Source: Massilia sp.
GTDB taxonomy: Bacteria > Pseudomonadota > Gammaproteobacteria > Burkholderiales > Burkholderiaceae_D
DNA: 37,019 bases
Direction: 5' to 3'
NCBI GenBank assembly: GCA_028291845.1
Contig: JAQGNM010000128.1
Span: 1 to 37,019 of the forward strand
This document shows positions 10,393 through 19,949 of the stretch, one piece after another. The notes beneath the pieces are model-generated. The model had not been told where the DNA came from, did not search any database, and saw only the letters and a program-made list of their open reading frames with translations. Every line of letters begins with the position of its first letter. Position 1 is the stretch's first letter. The position numbers and the translations under genes were made by a program.

Positions 10393-11906
10393 TCGAATAT
10401 CTCCGTATTCCCTGTGATTCGTTCCATGGGCATCACGCCGGCAAACTCCGCCGCAAGCACGGTTGGTGTGGCCGGCACAGTCATGAAGAATTTGCCGACA
10501 GCGAGTACGCTTGCTGCGTTGACGGGTGGCGAAGAGCAATTGAGCAGCGCAACGTTGAGAACGCGGCGGTTTTTCAAGCCAGGCGCGTGCGCGGTACTGG
10601 GCTTGAGCGCATTGGTACCGCTGCCGGCTTTATACGGTGTCGAGGCGGGATAGCTCGACTTGGCGGTTTGATTGCCGTATAAGGACGGCCACGATGTCGT
10701 CGACATGGTGGCGTAGCCATTGACAGGCTCGATGGGATTTGCCGCGTAGGTGGAATAGGCCACGGCCTTGGCGTACGCCCACAATGGGCCGTATTTGGCG
10801 GCGCCGCCGCCAGGAGGTGGCAAATCGGCAATCGTTTCGAGGCGCGTCGCGCTGGCCGACGTCGTTGCAGTTTGCCCTTCCGGCGCCGTCATCATCCAGG
10901 CAAGCGGGGTGACCATGGCAGTGTAGTCGTAAGGTTTGATATTCACATCCGGCGGCGCGCTATTGGGCGTACACACGCCGCCGTCATACTGGTCGAAACG
11001 GGAATTTAGCTGCCGGTACAATGAGCCGAGCGGGAACGGCCGGGCGACTGCGATTTTGCCTCCCGTGACCCGGGGTATGCCCAGCATGCCTGCGCACACG
11101 TACGGGCCGAGCGTTGAGGTTTCGAGAGCGGCGGCGGCGCCACCGGTGTCCGGCATCGCCAGCGGATTGATCACGAAATTCACCGGTGATGCGCCGTTCG
11201 GATTCAGGTTCATCAGGTCGTAGCTCACGCCCCGTCTGAAGCCGTATTCCACCAGTTCGGTGTAACCCCCTGTGTTGTTGCGCGGTGCTGCCGGCGTGTT
11301 CGACATTGCGCAGATTGCCAACGGCGCCACTGCTATATCGACGCGGCCGGCGATCGCTGCGCTGTCGATTGCCAAGGTGGCAAATTCCGCCGATAAAACA
11401 CGTGCCAACATCGTTTCCACGATACCTGCGCTGCTCAACGAAGCGGTATCGACGCGAACGTAAAACACCTGGGCGGCATTTGCCGATGCGGCGCCCGAAT
11501 CCATCCATGGCCCATTGTTACCGGGTGTAGTGCTGAACATCAGCGCGGCGTCTGACCATGTGATCGTTTCCGCATAATTTTTGAATTTTGTTGCACCGGC
11601 GGTGATTGCGGCATTGGCGACCGCAGCGTTAATGCCGGCCGGAGTGCCGTTCAGGCCGCGCGCCGCGCTCAGCGCGACAGCCTTCGCCAGGTTGTACATC
11701 TCGACCTTGCGGTTATAAACCAATGCCATGTCAAGTGCGAGCGCGCACATGCCAATAATTGGAATCAGCGTGAGTGCGAACAGGATTGCGATCGCGCCGC
11801 GCTGACGGACGTGACCGGGCGTCCGCGGTGTCAATTGATGGTCTGCGATCAGCCTGCGCAAGTGCAAGGCTGAGGCGTTTCGTGCGGCTCTGCTGTGGTT
11901 GCGCAT
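10389..11906 (-). CDS. TadG-like pilus assembly/tip protein
   Basis: QRGAIAILFALTL...ALALD...A..AALSAA N-terminal Tad motif; Cys-containing C-terminal domain; exact start uncertain. Confidence 0.8.
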   Translation of the reverse strand: MRNHSRAARNASALHLRRLIADHQLTPRTPGHVRQRGAIAILFALTLIPIIGMCALALDMALVYNRKVEMYNLAKAVALSAARGLNGTPAGINAAVANAAITAGATKFKNYAETITWSDAALMFSTTPGNNGPWMDSGAASANAAQVFYVRVDTASLSSAGIVETMLARVLSAEFATLAIDSAAIAGRVDIAVAPLAICAMSNTPAAPRNNTGGYTELVEYGFRRGVSYDLMNLNPNGASPVNFVINPLAMPDTGGAAAALETSTLGPYVCAGMLGIPRVTGGKIAVARPFPLGSLYRQLNSRFDQYDGGVCTPNSAPPDVNIKPYDYTAMVTPLAWMMTAPEGQTATTSASATRLETIADLPPPGGGAAKYGPLWAYAKAVAYSTYAANPIEPVNGYATMSTTSWPSLYGNQTAKSSYPASTPYKAGSGTNALKPSTAHAPGLKNRRVLNVALLNCSSPPVNAASVLAVGKFFMTVPATPTVLAAEFAGVMPMERITGNTEIFE

Positions 11907-12274
11907 TCGATCCCCGTTTCGGCAGATTGGGCGTTAAACACCCGATTCATGCGAAACGATTCTAGCTTGCAACTTCACGCAGCCATTGATCCTGAGCAAA
12001 AAGTGCCGGCTAAGCCGATATGTCGCAAAATTGCGGACCCGAAATGGATCTGCCACGGTGGTCGACGACGGTGCGGGTGAACACTTCCGTCGACCTTGCA
12101 GTGTGGGATACCGAAGAACTCTCGCGCCTTCTCCACTTCGACAGGATTTCAAGTTATTGCGAATGTATACGGGCTGGCGAAACGATCCAACTGACACTCG
12201 AGGTCGATGGAATCGAATTGGCGCGGCCGGAGGGCGCAATTGCTAATTGCCTGGAAATTCTCGCGCTGGGGTAT

Positions 12275-13275
12275 TTATGCGATATCAACCACCAGCTTGC
12301 CCCTGGCGCTGCCCTCGGCGATCGCCTTGTACGCCGCTTCGACAGTGTCAAGCGAGTAGGCGGCGACGTCGAGGATGACCTTGATCTTGCCCGCTTCGAC
12401 CAGCTTGGTCGCTTCGCGCATGATCTCGCCGTGGTGGGCGCGGCCTTCGCCCGACAGCAGCGGCAGCATGGTGAAGACCCCGGAGTAGGACGCGCCGCGG
12501 AACGACAGCGGCGCCAGCGCATGGGTGCCCCAGCCCAGGCAGCTGACCACGTGCCCGTGATACAGGCGCGTCGCGCGGAACGAGCTATCGAGCGTGGCGC
12601 CGCCGACGGTGTCGTAGATCACGTCGAAGCCGGCCCGCAGGTGTGCCGCGCCAGATACTGTTCGACAGTCTCGGCCTGGTAATCGATCGGGATGGCGGCG
12701 AGTGCGGCGATGGCGGCCTGCTGGGTGGCGTCGCCGGTGGCGTACACGGTGGCGCCGAATGCCGCGGCGATCTGCACGGCGATGTGGCCAACGCCGCCTG
12801 CGCCGCCATGAATCAGCACGGTCTTGCCGGCGCCGACGCGGGCGCGGTCGACCAGGCCCTCCCAGGCAGTGATGAAAATCAGGGGCAGGGCAGCAGCTTC
12901 ACGCATCGACATATTTTTCGGCTTGACGGCGAGCAGGTCGGCGTCGACAGACGCATACTCGGCCAGCGAACCCTGCACGCCGCCGATGCCGCCAGCCATG
13001 CCATATACTTCGTCGCCGACCTCGAAGTCGGTGACACCGGCGCCGACCGCTTCGACCACGCCGGCCAGATCGATGCCGAGGATTGCGGGCAGTACGGCCC
13101 GGGCGTGCGCCGCTTTCCCGGCGGCGATCTTGATGTCGACCGGATTGACGCCGCTCGCCTCGATACGCACCAGGACATGACCGTGACCGGCGCCTGGCCG
13201 GGCGATGTCCTGCAGCTGCGGCGTGGTTTCATAGGCGTTCAGAACAACTGCACGCATCGTGTTGGTTTGGTTCAT
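12275..13275 (-). pseudogene. Quinone oxidoreductase / MDR-family NADPH oxidoreductase, split by a 1-bp frameshift
   Basis: ASGVNPVD, GIDLAGVV, LIHGGAGGVG in ORF 12619-13275; DVIYDTVGG and GKLVV in ORF 12275-12622; one extra G in the C-run at 12634-12636 restores HTCGAGFDVIYDTVGG. Confidence 0.85.
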
Positions 13276-13450
13276 GATGAGTTCCTCGGTAAGACAGGTG
13301 GGTCGCAAGTTGCGATGTCCCAAGTCCAGGCCGTCCGCGATCCTGGAAAAAGCGGGCCTGGCCCGGTTCAGTATTGCGAAAGGGTGGACAATCGGCTTGC
13401 CCGCAGTCTGCTAAAACGACCGATAATGGAATGCTCATCAAAGGAATCGT

Positions 13451-13945
13451 ATGGACCGTCTCAGCGCCATGCACGTGTTTTGCGCCGTGGTCGACGCCGG
13501 CGGCTTCAGCCGCGCCGCCGACAAGCTCAATGTATCGACCTCCTCGGTGACCAACCAGGTGCTGGCGCTGGAGGCGCACTTCGACATCAAGCTGCTCAAC
13601 CGGACGACGCGGCGCATGTCGCTGACCGACGAAGGCCGCCGTTGCTACGACCAGGCGCGCGCGCTGCTGCTGGAAATGGGTGAACTCGAGAGCAATCTGC
13701 GCGATTCGAGCCAGCATCCGCGCGGTCGACTGCGCATCGATATGCCCGCGCTGATCAGCCGTACCTTGGTAGCGCCGGCGCTGGCAGGGTTCCTTGCGGC
13801 GTATCCGGATATCCGCCTGAGCCTGACCGCCAGCGACCGCACCGTCGATCTGATTGACCGAGAAAGCCGTCGACGATTATTACCTTGGCGGCCAGCCTTT
13901 GCAGGCGGCGCATCTGTTCGTCCACGGCACCATCCGTGCACGTGA
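13451..13945 (+). pseudogene. LysR-family (CrgA-like) regulator, C-terminally truncated
   Basis: MDRLSAM..F..VVDAGGFSRAA HTH, LLNRTTRRMSLTDEG, YPDIRL...DRTVDLI; similarity ends at ~13856 (about 135 aa). Confidence 0.85.
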
Positions 13946-14168
13946 CCTGGAGATCAAGCAGCAACTGGTACAGCAGCTGATGGCCAGCATTGCCGAGGCA
14001 GCGATGATCAACAAGCGATATGTGTGGGTGTACCTGGCCGACCTGCCGCCCGAATTGATGATCGAATTCGGCCATGTGCTGCCGCAGCCAGGACAGGAAG
14101 CGGCGTGGGCGGCGGGCCTCGATGAAGCCGACCGTGCCTATATGCAGGGCGCCGACTTTCAAGCCTGA
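13854..14168 (+). pseudogene. cis-CaaD/Cg10062-like tautomerase-family protein, N-terminally truncated (no Pro-1)
   Basis: YLGG..LFVHGTIR..K..L...IAEAAMINKRYVWVYL.DLP...MIEFGHVLPQPGQE..W matches the C-terminal two-thirds of cis-3-chloroacrylate dehalogenase as recalled. Confidence 0.75.
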
Positions 14169-14294
14169 CGCTTCAGGCCGGTCGGCGCATTCGGACAGCG
14201 CTTGTTCGCGCTGCGGCCGTACAGTCCGTTTATGCCGCGCGGCCCGTCGATTTCTTGCGAGCAGAGTGTCATGGCGGCAGGGTGCCAACAAACG

Positions 14295-15206
14295 TCAGCG
14301 GCGCGGCGCGGCCTGTGCCTGTTTCTTGCCGGTTTGCAGCACGTAGACCCCGCCGCTGATCAATGACATGGCGGCCACGCTGGCGGGTAGCAATGCCTCA
14401 TGAGCGAGCAAGCTGCCGATCAACATCGCCACCACAGGAGGGATGTAAGTGACGCCAGCCGCCCGTACAGCGCCCAATTGCTGGACGATGAAGTAATACA
14501 GGATAAAAGCGAGGCCGGTGCCGGTCAGCCCCAGCCCGAACACCAGTCCAGTCAGTGCCACTTTGTCGTCAAGGATGCGTTCGATACCGTGCAAATCGGT
14601 CACCAGAAATACCATCAGCAGCGCCAAGCCGGTCTGGTAGGTCGCCAGCGCCACCGGGGAGATATTCTTATTGACCAGGAACAGCCTGGCGTAAACGAAC
14701 GAGCTGCCCACGCTGAGCGAACCGGCAATCATGTAAAGCACCCCTTGGGTATTGATGCCGGCCTCGCCGGCGCTCCATGGGCGGGCGATCAGTAACACGC
14801 CGCCGAATCCCAGCGCCAGCCCCATCAAGGTACGCCGGTTGATCGGCTCCTGGCGCAGAAAGGCGAACGCGGTCACGAAGGAAAACAGCGGGATGGCCCC
14901 GCTGAGCATGCCCGCGATGCTGGACGGGAGCAGGGCGGTACCCTTGGCAAACGCAAAGTAATACACTGCGGTCGCCAGCAGGGCCATCGCCACAAAGTGA
15001 TGCAGGTCGCGCAGATGAGCCCATTTCAGCGAGCGGCGTGCGAGCGCGAACAGCACGAGCGGCACGAAGCCGAACAGAATTCGCAGCAGCACTACCTGGC
15101 CGGGCGAAATCAAGGCGGTGGCCCATTTCATGAAAATGAAATTCGTGCCCCAGATCAGGCCCAATAAAGCGAATGCCCCGTACACAAGGTTTTTCACGGA
15201 TACCAC
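14295..15206 (-). CDS. DMT/EamA-family exporter
   Basis: LIWGTNFIFMK, two EamA repeats, GAVRAAGVTYIPPVVA; GGAGG upstream of GTG 15206 (start uncertain). Confidence 0.9.
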   Translation of the reverse strand: MVSVKNLVYGAFALLGLIWGTNFIFMKWATALISPGQVVLLRILFGFVPLVLFALARRSLKWAHLRDLHHFVAMALLATAVYYFAFAKGTALLPSSIAGMLSGAIPLFSFVTAFAFLRQEPINRRTLMGLALGFGGVLLIARPWSAGEAGINTQGVLYMIAGSLSVGSSFVYARLFLVNKNISPVALATYQTGLALLMVFLVTDLHGIERILDDKVALTGLVFGLGLTGTGLAFILYYFIVQQLGAVRAAGVTYIPPVVAMLIGSLLAHEALLPASVAAMSLISGGVYVLQTGKKQAQAAPRR

Positions 15207-15262
15207 CTTCACCTCCAAAGCGCAAAATTCATTGTGGTTGTAATGGATCACGATGACAATCG

Positions 15263-15278
15263 ATTAGTTTTCTCTAAT
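15263..15278. promoter_or_regulatory. LysR box ATTAG-N6-CTAAT between divergent DMT and LysR genes
   Basis: Palindrome containing T-N11-A and the CTAAT half-site typical of GcvA-type regulators. Confidence 0.55.
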
Positions 15279-15297
15279 GGAATAGGCTTTCTATCTT

Positions 15298-16176
15298 TTG
15301 GACGCATTTCCCCCGCTCAAAGCGCTGCTTGCCTTTGACGCGGCCATGAAGCATCGAAGCTTCGCCAAGGCGGCGCTGGCGCTTTCAGTGACGCCAGGGG
15401 CGATTGGCCAGCAAATCCGCAATCTGGAGATCTGGATCGGTACGCCTTTGTTCGTTCGCTCAGTGCGCCAAGTTGTGCCCACCGGTATCGCCTTGAACTA
15501 TTGGGCCGAAATTCAGCCGGCGCTTTTACAGATTCGCACGGCCAGTTCCTCCTTGAAAAATCGGTTGTCCGACGAAGTCTGGCTGTCGATGCCGCCCAGT
15601 TTGGCAGCGAAGTGGTTCGCCCGCCGCATGGGACGCTTCATGACGGCGCATCCAGACATCGTCCTGCACCTGAGCGCGTCCGCGGAACTCAGCGACTTTT
15701 CTCATGGACCAGCGCAACTGGCGATCCGCTACTTTGATGGCAAGGATCCTGAACTGGAAGCGGTTTTGTTGAAATCCGATGAAGCACGGCTTTATTGTTC
15801 GCCGGACTATGCCGCGCGACTCGATCTGAACACACCGGACGACCTTGCACGCGCAACCCTGTTGCATTCGACGATGCACCCGCACTGGGATGAATGGCTG
15901 GGATTATTTACAAACCTGTCGAGCGTCGGCGTCGCCGCGATCCCGGCGCGGCATTTTGATCTGTCCTCGTTGGCGCTGGAGGCGGCCAGGCAAGGTCTGG
16001 GGGTGGTCTTGAGCAGCGCGATGCTGACCGAGGACGAAATCGAGCAAGGCAGCTTGTGCGAACCTTTTCCGCACCGTCTTTCGCTTTCGCGTGGCTACTT
16101 TGTCGTTTTTACGCGCGCCGCGCCGCTGAGCGCTGCTGCACAGCGCGTGGCGCAGTGGTTGCTGTCGGCCGCTTAG
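15298..16176 (+). CDS. LysR-family regulator (GcvA-like)
   Basis: PPLKALLAFDAA...SFAKAA..LSVTPGAIGQQIRNLE, HPDI.L, LAIRY, AARQGLGV; TTG start. Confidence 0.92.
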   Translation: MDAFPPLKALLAFDAAMKHRSFAKAALALSVTPGAIGQQIRNLEIWIGTPLFVRSVRQVVPTGIALNYWAEIQPALLQIRTASSSLKNRLSDEVWLSMPPSLAAKWFARRMGRFMTAHPDIVLHLSASAELSDFSHGPAQLAIRYFDGKDPELEAVLLKSDEARLYCSPDYAARLDLNTPDDLARATLLHSTMHPHWDEWLGLFTNLSSVGVAAIPARHFDLSSLALEAARQGLGVVLSSAMLTEDEIEQGSLCEPFPHRLSLSRGYFVVFTRAAPLSAAAQRVAQWLLSAA

Positions 16177-16245
16177 TTGTGGTTGCATTCGGCATCGGGC
16201 GTAGCCGAGAAGTCAGAGCTCCGGCGTGTATGTTCTTGTTCGTAA

Positions 16246-16494
16246 GCTTGCCGCAAGCGCTACAATCATGCGCCGGACGGCACTGTCAGTACCGTCCGCC
16301 AGGGACGGAGGAATGGGCATGCAAACCGCATTTTCCGCGACGTCGCCGTACGAAGCGGCCGACATCATGGGTGGCTTGTATGGCGACGGTTGCATCGCCC
16401 GCAAGGGCGCTTTCAGCCGCGCCTGGGCGCAGCAGTTGGGCGAAGATGTCGCCGTCCTGTTCGACGAAGCGCGGCGCCAGCCGGCGGGGCGCTC
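16246..16494 (+). repeat. Direct repeat copy 1: promoter and truncated 5' end of phyH-like gene (pseudogene fragment)
   Basis: Aligns by eye to 19952-20201 with about 22 substitutions and one 1-bp deletion near 16484 (~91% identity, manual count). Confidence 0.92.
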
Positions 16495-16497
16495 AAA

Positions 16498-16701
16498 GCT
16501 GAGGGGCAGGTCTGACAATCGTACATAAGTTCGGCTCATCACCCGCCGCAGGCCAGGTTTTTTCGGACCCAAACTTTTCTTTGGTAACGTACGTCACCTC
16601 GCGCTTGTTGACGCCTGACCCGCGCTTGCTGTGTTGCTGCGCGAATTAAGCGGTCTCGGCAAGGGAGCCAAGTGAGCTTATGTATGTTGATAGACCTCAG
16701 C
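16498..16701. mobile_element. MITE-like non-coding element with imperfect terminal inverted repeats
   Basis: Left GCTGAGG(GGCAGG)TCTGACAATCGTACATAAGTTC versus reverse complement of right end GCTGAGGTCTATCAACATACATAAGCTC; no credible ORF inside. Confidence 0.6.
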
Positions 16702-16919
16702 CTACAGTCGACGGATAGATAGAAATTTCTCATGTGCATCTTGCGCTGCGACAATGTACCTCAGACCAAACAGCCGCCACTACTGCGGCGCGTCAAACCG
16801 CGTTACTAATCCGCTTGTTGCGCTCAGTCGGTATCTTTACAGTCGAGTTACATCGCTTGCTCAGGTCTAGCGTCACCGCCTGGCGGTGGAGCGCTTCACC
16901 CTTCCTGGTCGGAGATCTC

Positions 16920-18443
16920 ATGACTTCACGACGCGTTTCATTGTCCTATATGCTTTTCACGCCAGCGCTTGCGTTCGTCTCTCACCGCGCGATAGCGGGG
17001 TCGCATACCACGCCGTTGCCGGGGCCATCCTATCTGACCCAGCCCGGCACCACCGAGCTGCCGCCGCGCTACAGCCCACCGCGAGGGCCGAACGCGATCC
17101 TGCGCCTGGCTTACTGGAACGAAGTGGGATTGCGCGCGATTGCCTTCGACGCGGCACCGCACTTTCCCGGACAGCGGCCTTTCGGCTTCGACGAACGCGG
17201 TCCGACGCGCGCAAGCCGCGCCATGGCGATCGTCCAGATCGCCATCTTCGATGCGCTCAACGCGATCCGCAAGCAGTACCCCTCGTACAGCGGACCGCTG
17301 CCGGCATTTCCCGACAGCTCGCCCGATGCGGCCATCGCCCAGGCCGCACACGACACCTTGGTCGTGCTGTTCCCGCGCCAGACGGGACGCTTCGACCAGT
17401 GGCTGCGCGACGACCTGGGCTGCCTGCCTGGCGGCCGCGCCACCTTGAACGGCATCGACGTCGGGCGCAGGGCTGCAGCTGCCATTCTGGCCCTGCGTGA
17501 AAACGATGGTTTCTATCAGGATGATCCCTTAGTCGGCGTCGATTATCCCCTCTACACCCAGCCTGGCCTGTGGCGCCCCGATCCGGTCAGCAAGAATCCA
17601 ATCGCGCTGGGCTCCTACTGGGGCCACGTCGAGCCGTTCGTGGTGCAACTGAACACGCAATTTCGCGCGCCGCCGCCGCCCGCGCGGTCCAGTAGCGCCT
17701 ACACCAACGCCTTCAACGAGGTCAAGCAGCTTGGCGGCGACGGCATCACCACGCCGACCAGCCGTATGCCCGACCAGACCGTGGCCGGCATCTACTGGGG
17801 CTATGATGGCGGCGCCTGGATCGGCACCCGTCCACGCCAGTACAACCAGATCGCGGTCCAGCTGGCGCTCGCGCGCACCACCGATCCGCTTGATCTCGCG
17901 CATGTGCTGGCGATGATCAACGCCGCGATGGCCGACGCCGCGATTTGCGCCTGGGACAGCAAATACTATTACCGCTTCTGGCGTCCGGTGACCGCGATCC
18001 GCGAGGCCAGCCCCGGCAGCGGCCCGACCGGCCGCGGTGACGGCAATCTGAATACCATCGGCGATCCGAACTGGTTTCCCCTGGGTGCACCAGCGAGCAA
18101 CCTGATCGGACCGAACTTCACGCCGCCGTTCCCGGCCTACCCTTCCGGCCATGCCACCCTGGGCAGCGCGACGTTCCAGATACTGCGCAAGTTCTATGGC
18201 GACGGCGTCAGGTTCACCTTCGTTTCCGATGAATACAACGGAATCACGCGCGACAACCGGGGCCGTGTGCGGCCGCGTCTGCCGCGCAGATACAGCTCCT
18301 TGTCTCAGGCCGAGGAAGAAAACGGTCAAAGCCGAATCTATCTCGGCGTGCACTGGCAGTTCGACAAGACGGCAGGCATGGCGATGGGACGCATGATTGG
18401 AGACTACGTGTTCGAACATGGGCTGGTACAGCCTGGCAATTGA
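16920..18443 (+). CDS. Vanadium-dependent haloperoxidase (chloroperoxidase-type, PAP2 superfamily), probably exported
   Basis: GPTRASRAMAIV, GIYWGYDG..IGT.PR.YNQI, WDSKYYYRFWRP, PPFPAYPSGHAT, SRIYLGVHW; GGAGA RBS before ATG 16920; N-terminal SRR plus hydrophobic stretch. Confidence 0.9.
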   Translation: MTSRRVSLSYMLFTPALAFVSHRAIAGSHTTPLPGPSYLTQPGTTELPPRYSPPRGPNAILRLAYWNEVGLRAIAFDAAPHFPGQRPFGFDERGPTRASRAMAIVQIAIFDALNAIRKQYPSYSGPLPAFPDSSPDAAIAQAAHDTLVVLFPRQTGRFDQWLRDDLGCLPGGRATLNGIDVGRRAAAAILALRENDGFYQDDPLVGVDYPLYTQPGLWRPDPVSKNPIALGSYWGHVEPFVVQLNTQFRAPPPPARSSSAYTNAFNEVKQLGGDGITTPTSRMPDQTVAGIYWGYDGGAWIGTRPRQYNQIAVQLALARTTDPLDLAHVLAMINAAMADAAICAWDSKYYYRFWRPVTAIREASPGSGPTGRGDGNLNTIGDPNWFPLGAPASNLIGPNFTPPFPAYPSGHATLGSATFQILRKFYGDGVRFTFVSDEYNGITRDNRGRVRPRLPRRYSSLSQAEEENGQSRIYLGVHWQFDKTAGMAMGRMIGDYVFEHGLVQPGN

Positions 18444-18630
18444 GCTTGCGGAAAGCGTCGGATGGCGCGGCGGCCAAGCCAAACGGAACCTCGAAAAGCC
18501 GGCGCGAGCGAGAGCCATGGTGGTCGGGAGCACAGCTGTACGAGGAGTACAGCAGGTCCGCTCCAGCACGCGCCAGGCCGCTCCTCGTGCTGCGCCAACT
18601 CCGCGTGCGCGGCGGGCCCACGCAAGGCCA

Positions 18631-19409
18631 TCAACTGCACTGCGCTCCAGGCACCTGAAACCCATCGCGCACGCCATTCACCCTCCCGCACGGCCGGCGC
18701 ACACCCCATCGCTGCCGTCCGCCTTGCGCGGCACCGCCATCAACTCTGAGCACCTGGTCGCGCGTCATTTCGAGCGACTGGTAGTAAGCGTTGGTCAGGC
18801 CGGGGAAGGTGGGCGGTTCATCCCAGGCACCGTCACTGGCCTTCTGCACATCGATCGGCATGTACCATTCGTAGGCATTGGTCGACAGATCGACGATGTA
18901 ACTGACGCCGCCGACCTTGGCTTTCGGATCGCCTGACGGAATGTAGGTGGCATAGCGGCGTTCGAAACCGGTGGCGTTGACGGCGATCACCAGCAGCTTG
19001 TCGACGTGGTATTTGGCTTTCAGGCTGCTGAAATTTTTGCGTGCGAAGTTCGGTGCCGACGTCGCTGCGTCCGGCAAGGTCTTGATGTCGAATGCGTCGA
19101 TCACTGTGACGGTGGCGCCTTTTTTGCGCAGCGCCGTGGCTGCTTCCTGACTGAGCTTTGCCAGATCGGCCGGCGTGAGCGTCTTGACGTGCGCAGTCGG
19201 CTTGTTGTTCGCCACCGAGGCGGCGGCGATACACAGCAGGCAGTCGGCGCCCGGGAAGAAGGTGTCGGATGGTGGCAAGGCCGTCATCAGGACGCCGTAG
19301 CTGCTGCCCGGGTTGGCGAACGCGCCGGCGCCGAGATTGACAGGCGCTTGCGGGGTGGCACATGCAGTCAGGAGACTGCGGCGGCAACTACCAGGGAAGA
19401 ACGAAACAT
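18631..19409 (-). pseudogene. Hypothetical lipoprotein with a 1-bp frameshift in its signal peptide
   Basis: ATG 19409 reads MFRSSLVVAAAV then stops; one extra base near 19374 joins it to lipobox LLTAC and the long frame (GADCLLC, WDEPPTFPGLTNAYYQ); true 3' end uncertain. Confidence 0.65.
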
Positions 19410-19949
19410 CAGGCACGACCTTTCGATACGGTGTAAAAAGTCCGGCGTCGAAGTCGGCGACATCGCCCGGCATGGCGCGACGAGTGTAATGCAAATGGCA
19501 ACCATTGTTTGCAACATTTCCAAAATATACTGTTACTTTGCAATATGGGCGTGTCGTCACGCACTGCGGCTCGACGCAGGGTCAGGTCGCCGATGGCGGC
19601 CGGCAGGCCGTAGCCCTTCGTCCCGGCGCCAGCTGTGTTGCACTCAACCAGACACGGGAGTAAGTTTTTGAAAGGTTAAAGGAAGAAAAAATTGCATCTG
19701 TGAACAGGCATAAAATTGCTGCGGCACTCGTTGCGCTTGTGGCGCCCGAACTCACCGCATCGTATAGGCCTTACCTGACGCATCAGAGCATTTTTCATGC
19801 CGTTGCCGCAGATTTTTCTATTAGTCGGCGCTTGCAAACCTTGGTTTGAAAAAATTGAATTCAGATGCGCAAGGCAGATCCGGCACAGATGAGATACGGA
19901 CGCGCTGCGAGTGGAACTGTGTCGGAAAGGCGATCGATGCCGTGCGCCG

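Noticed and set aside
12020-12682. + strand ORF whose first ~80 aa (MDLPRWS...) lie in the tad/oxidoreductase gap
   Set aside because: No recognisable family and the rest is antisense to the oxidoreductase; could be a truncated remnant but unsupported
18444-18660. Minus-strand peptide ADLLY...SRRLFEVPFGLAAAP resembling a LysR effector-domain fragment
   Set aside because: Too short and frame-broken to support without a BLASTX search
19707-19721. AGGCATAAAATTGCT sigma-54-like box on + strand
   Set aside because: GG-to-GC spacing is 9, not the required 10
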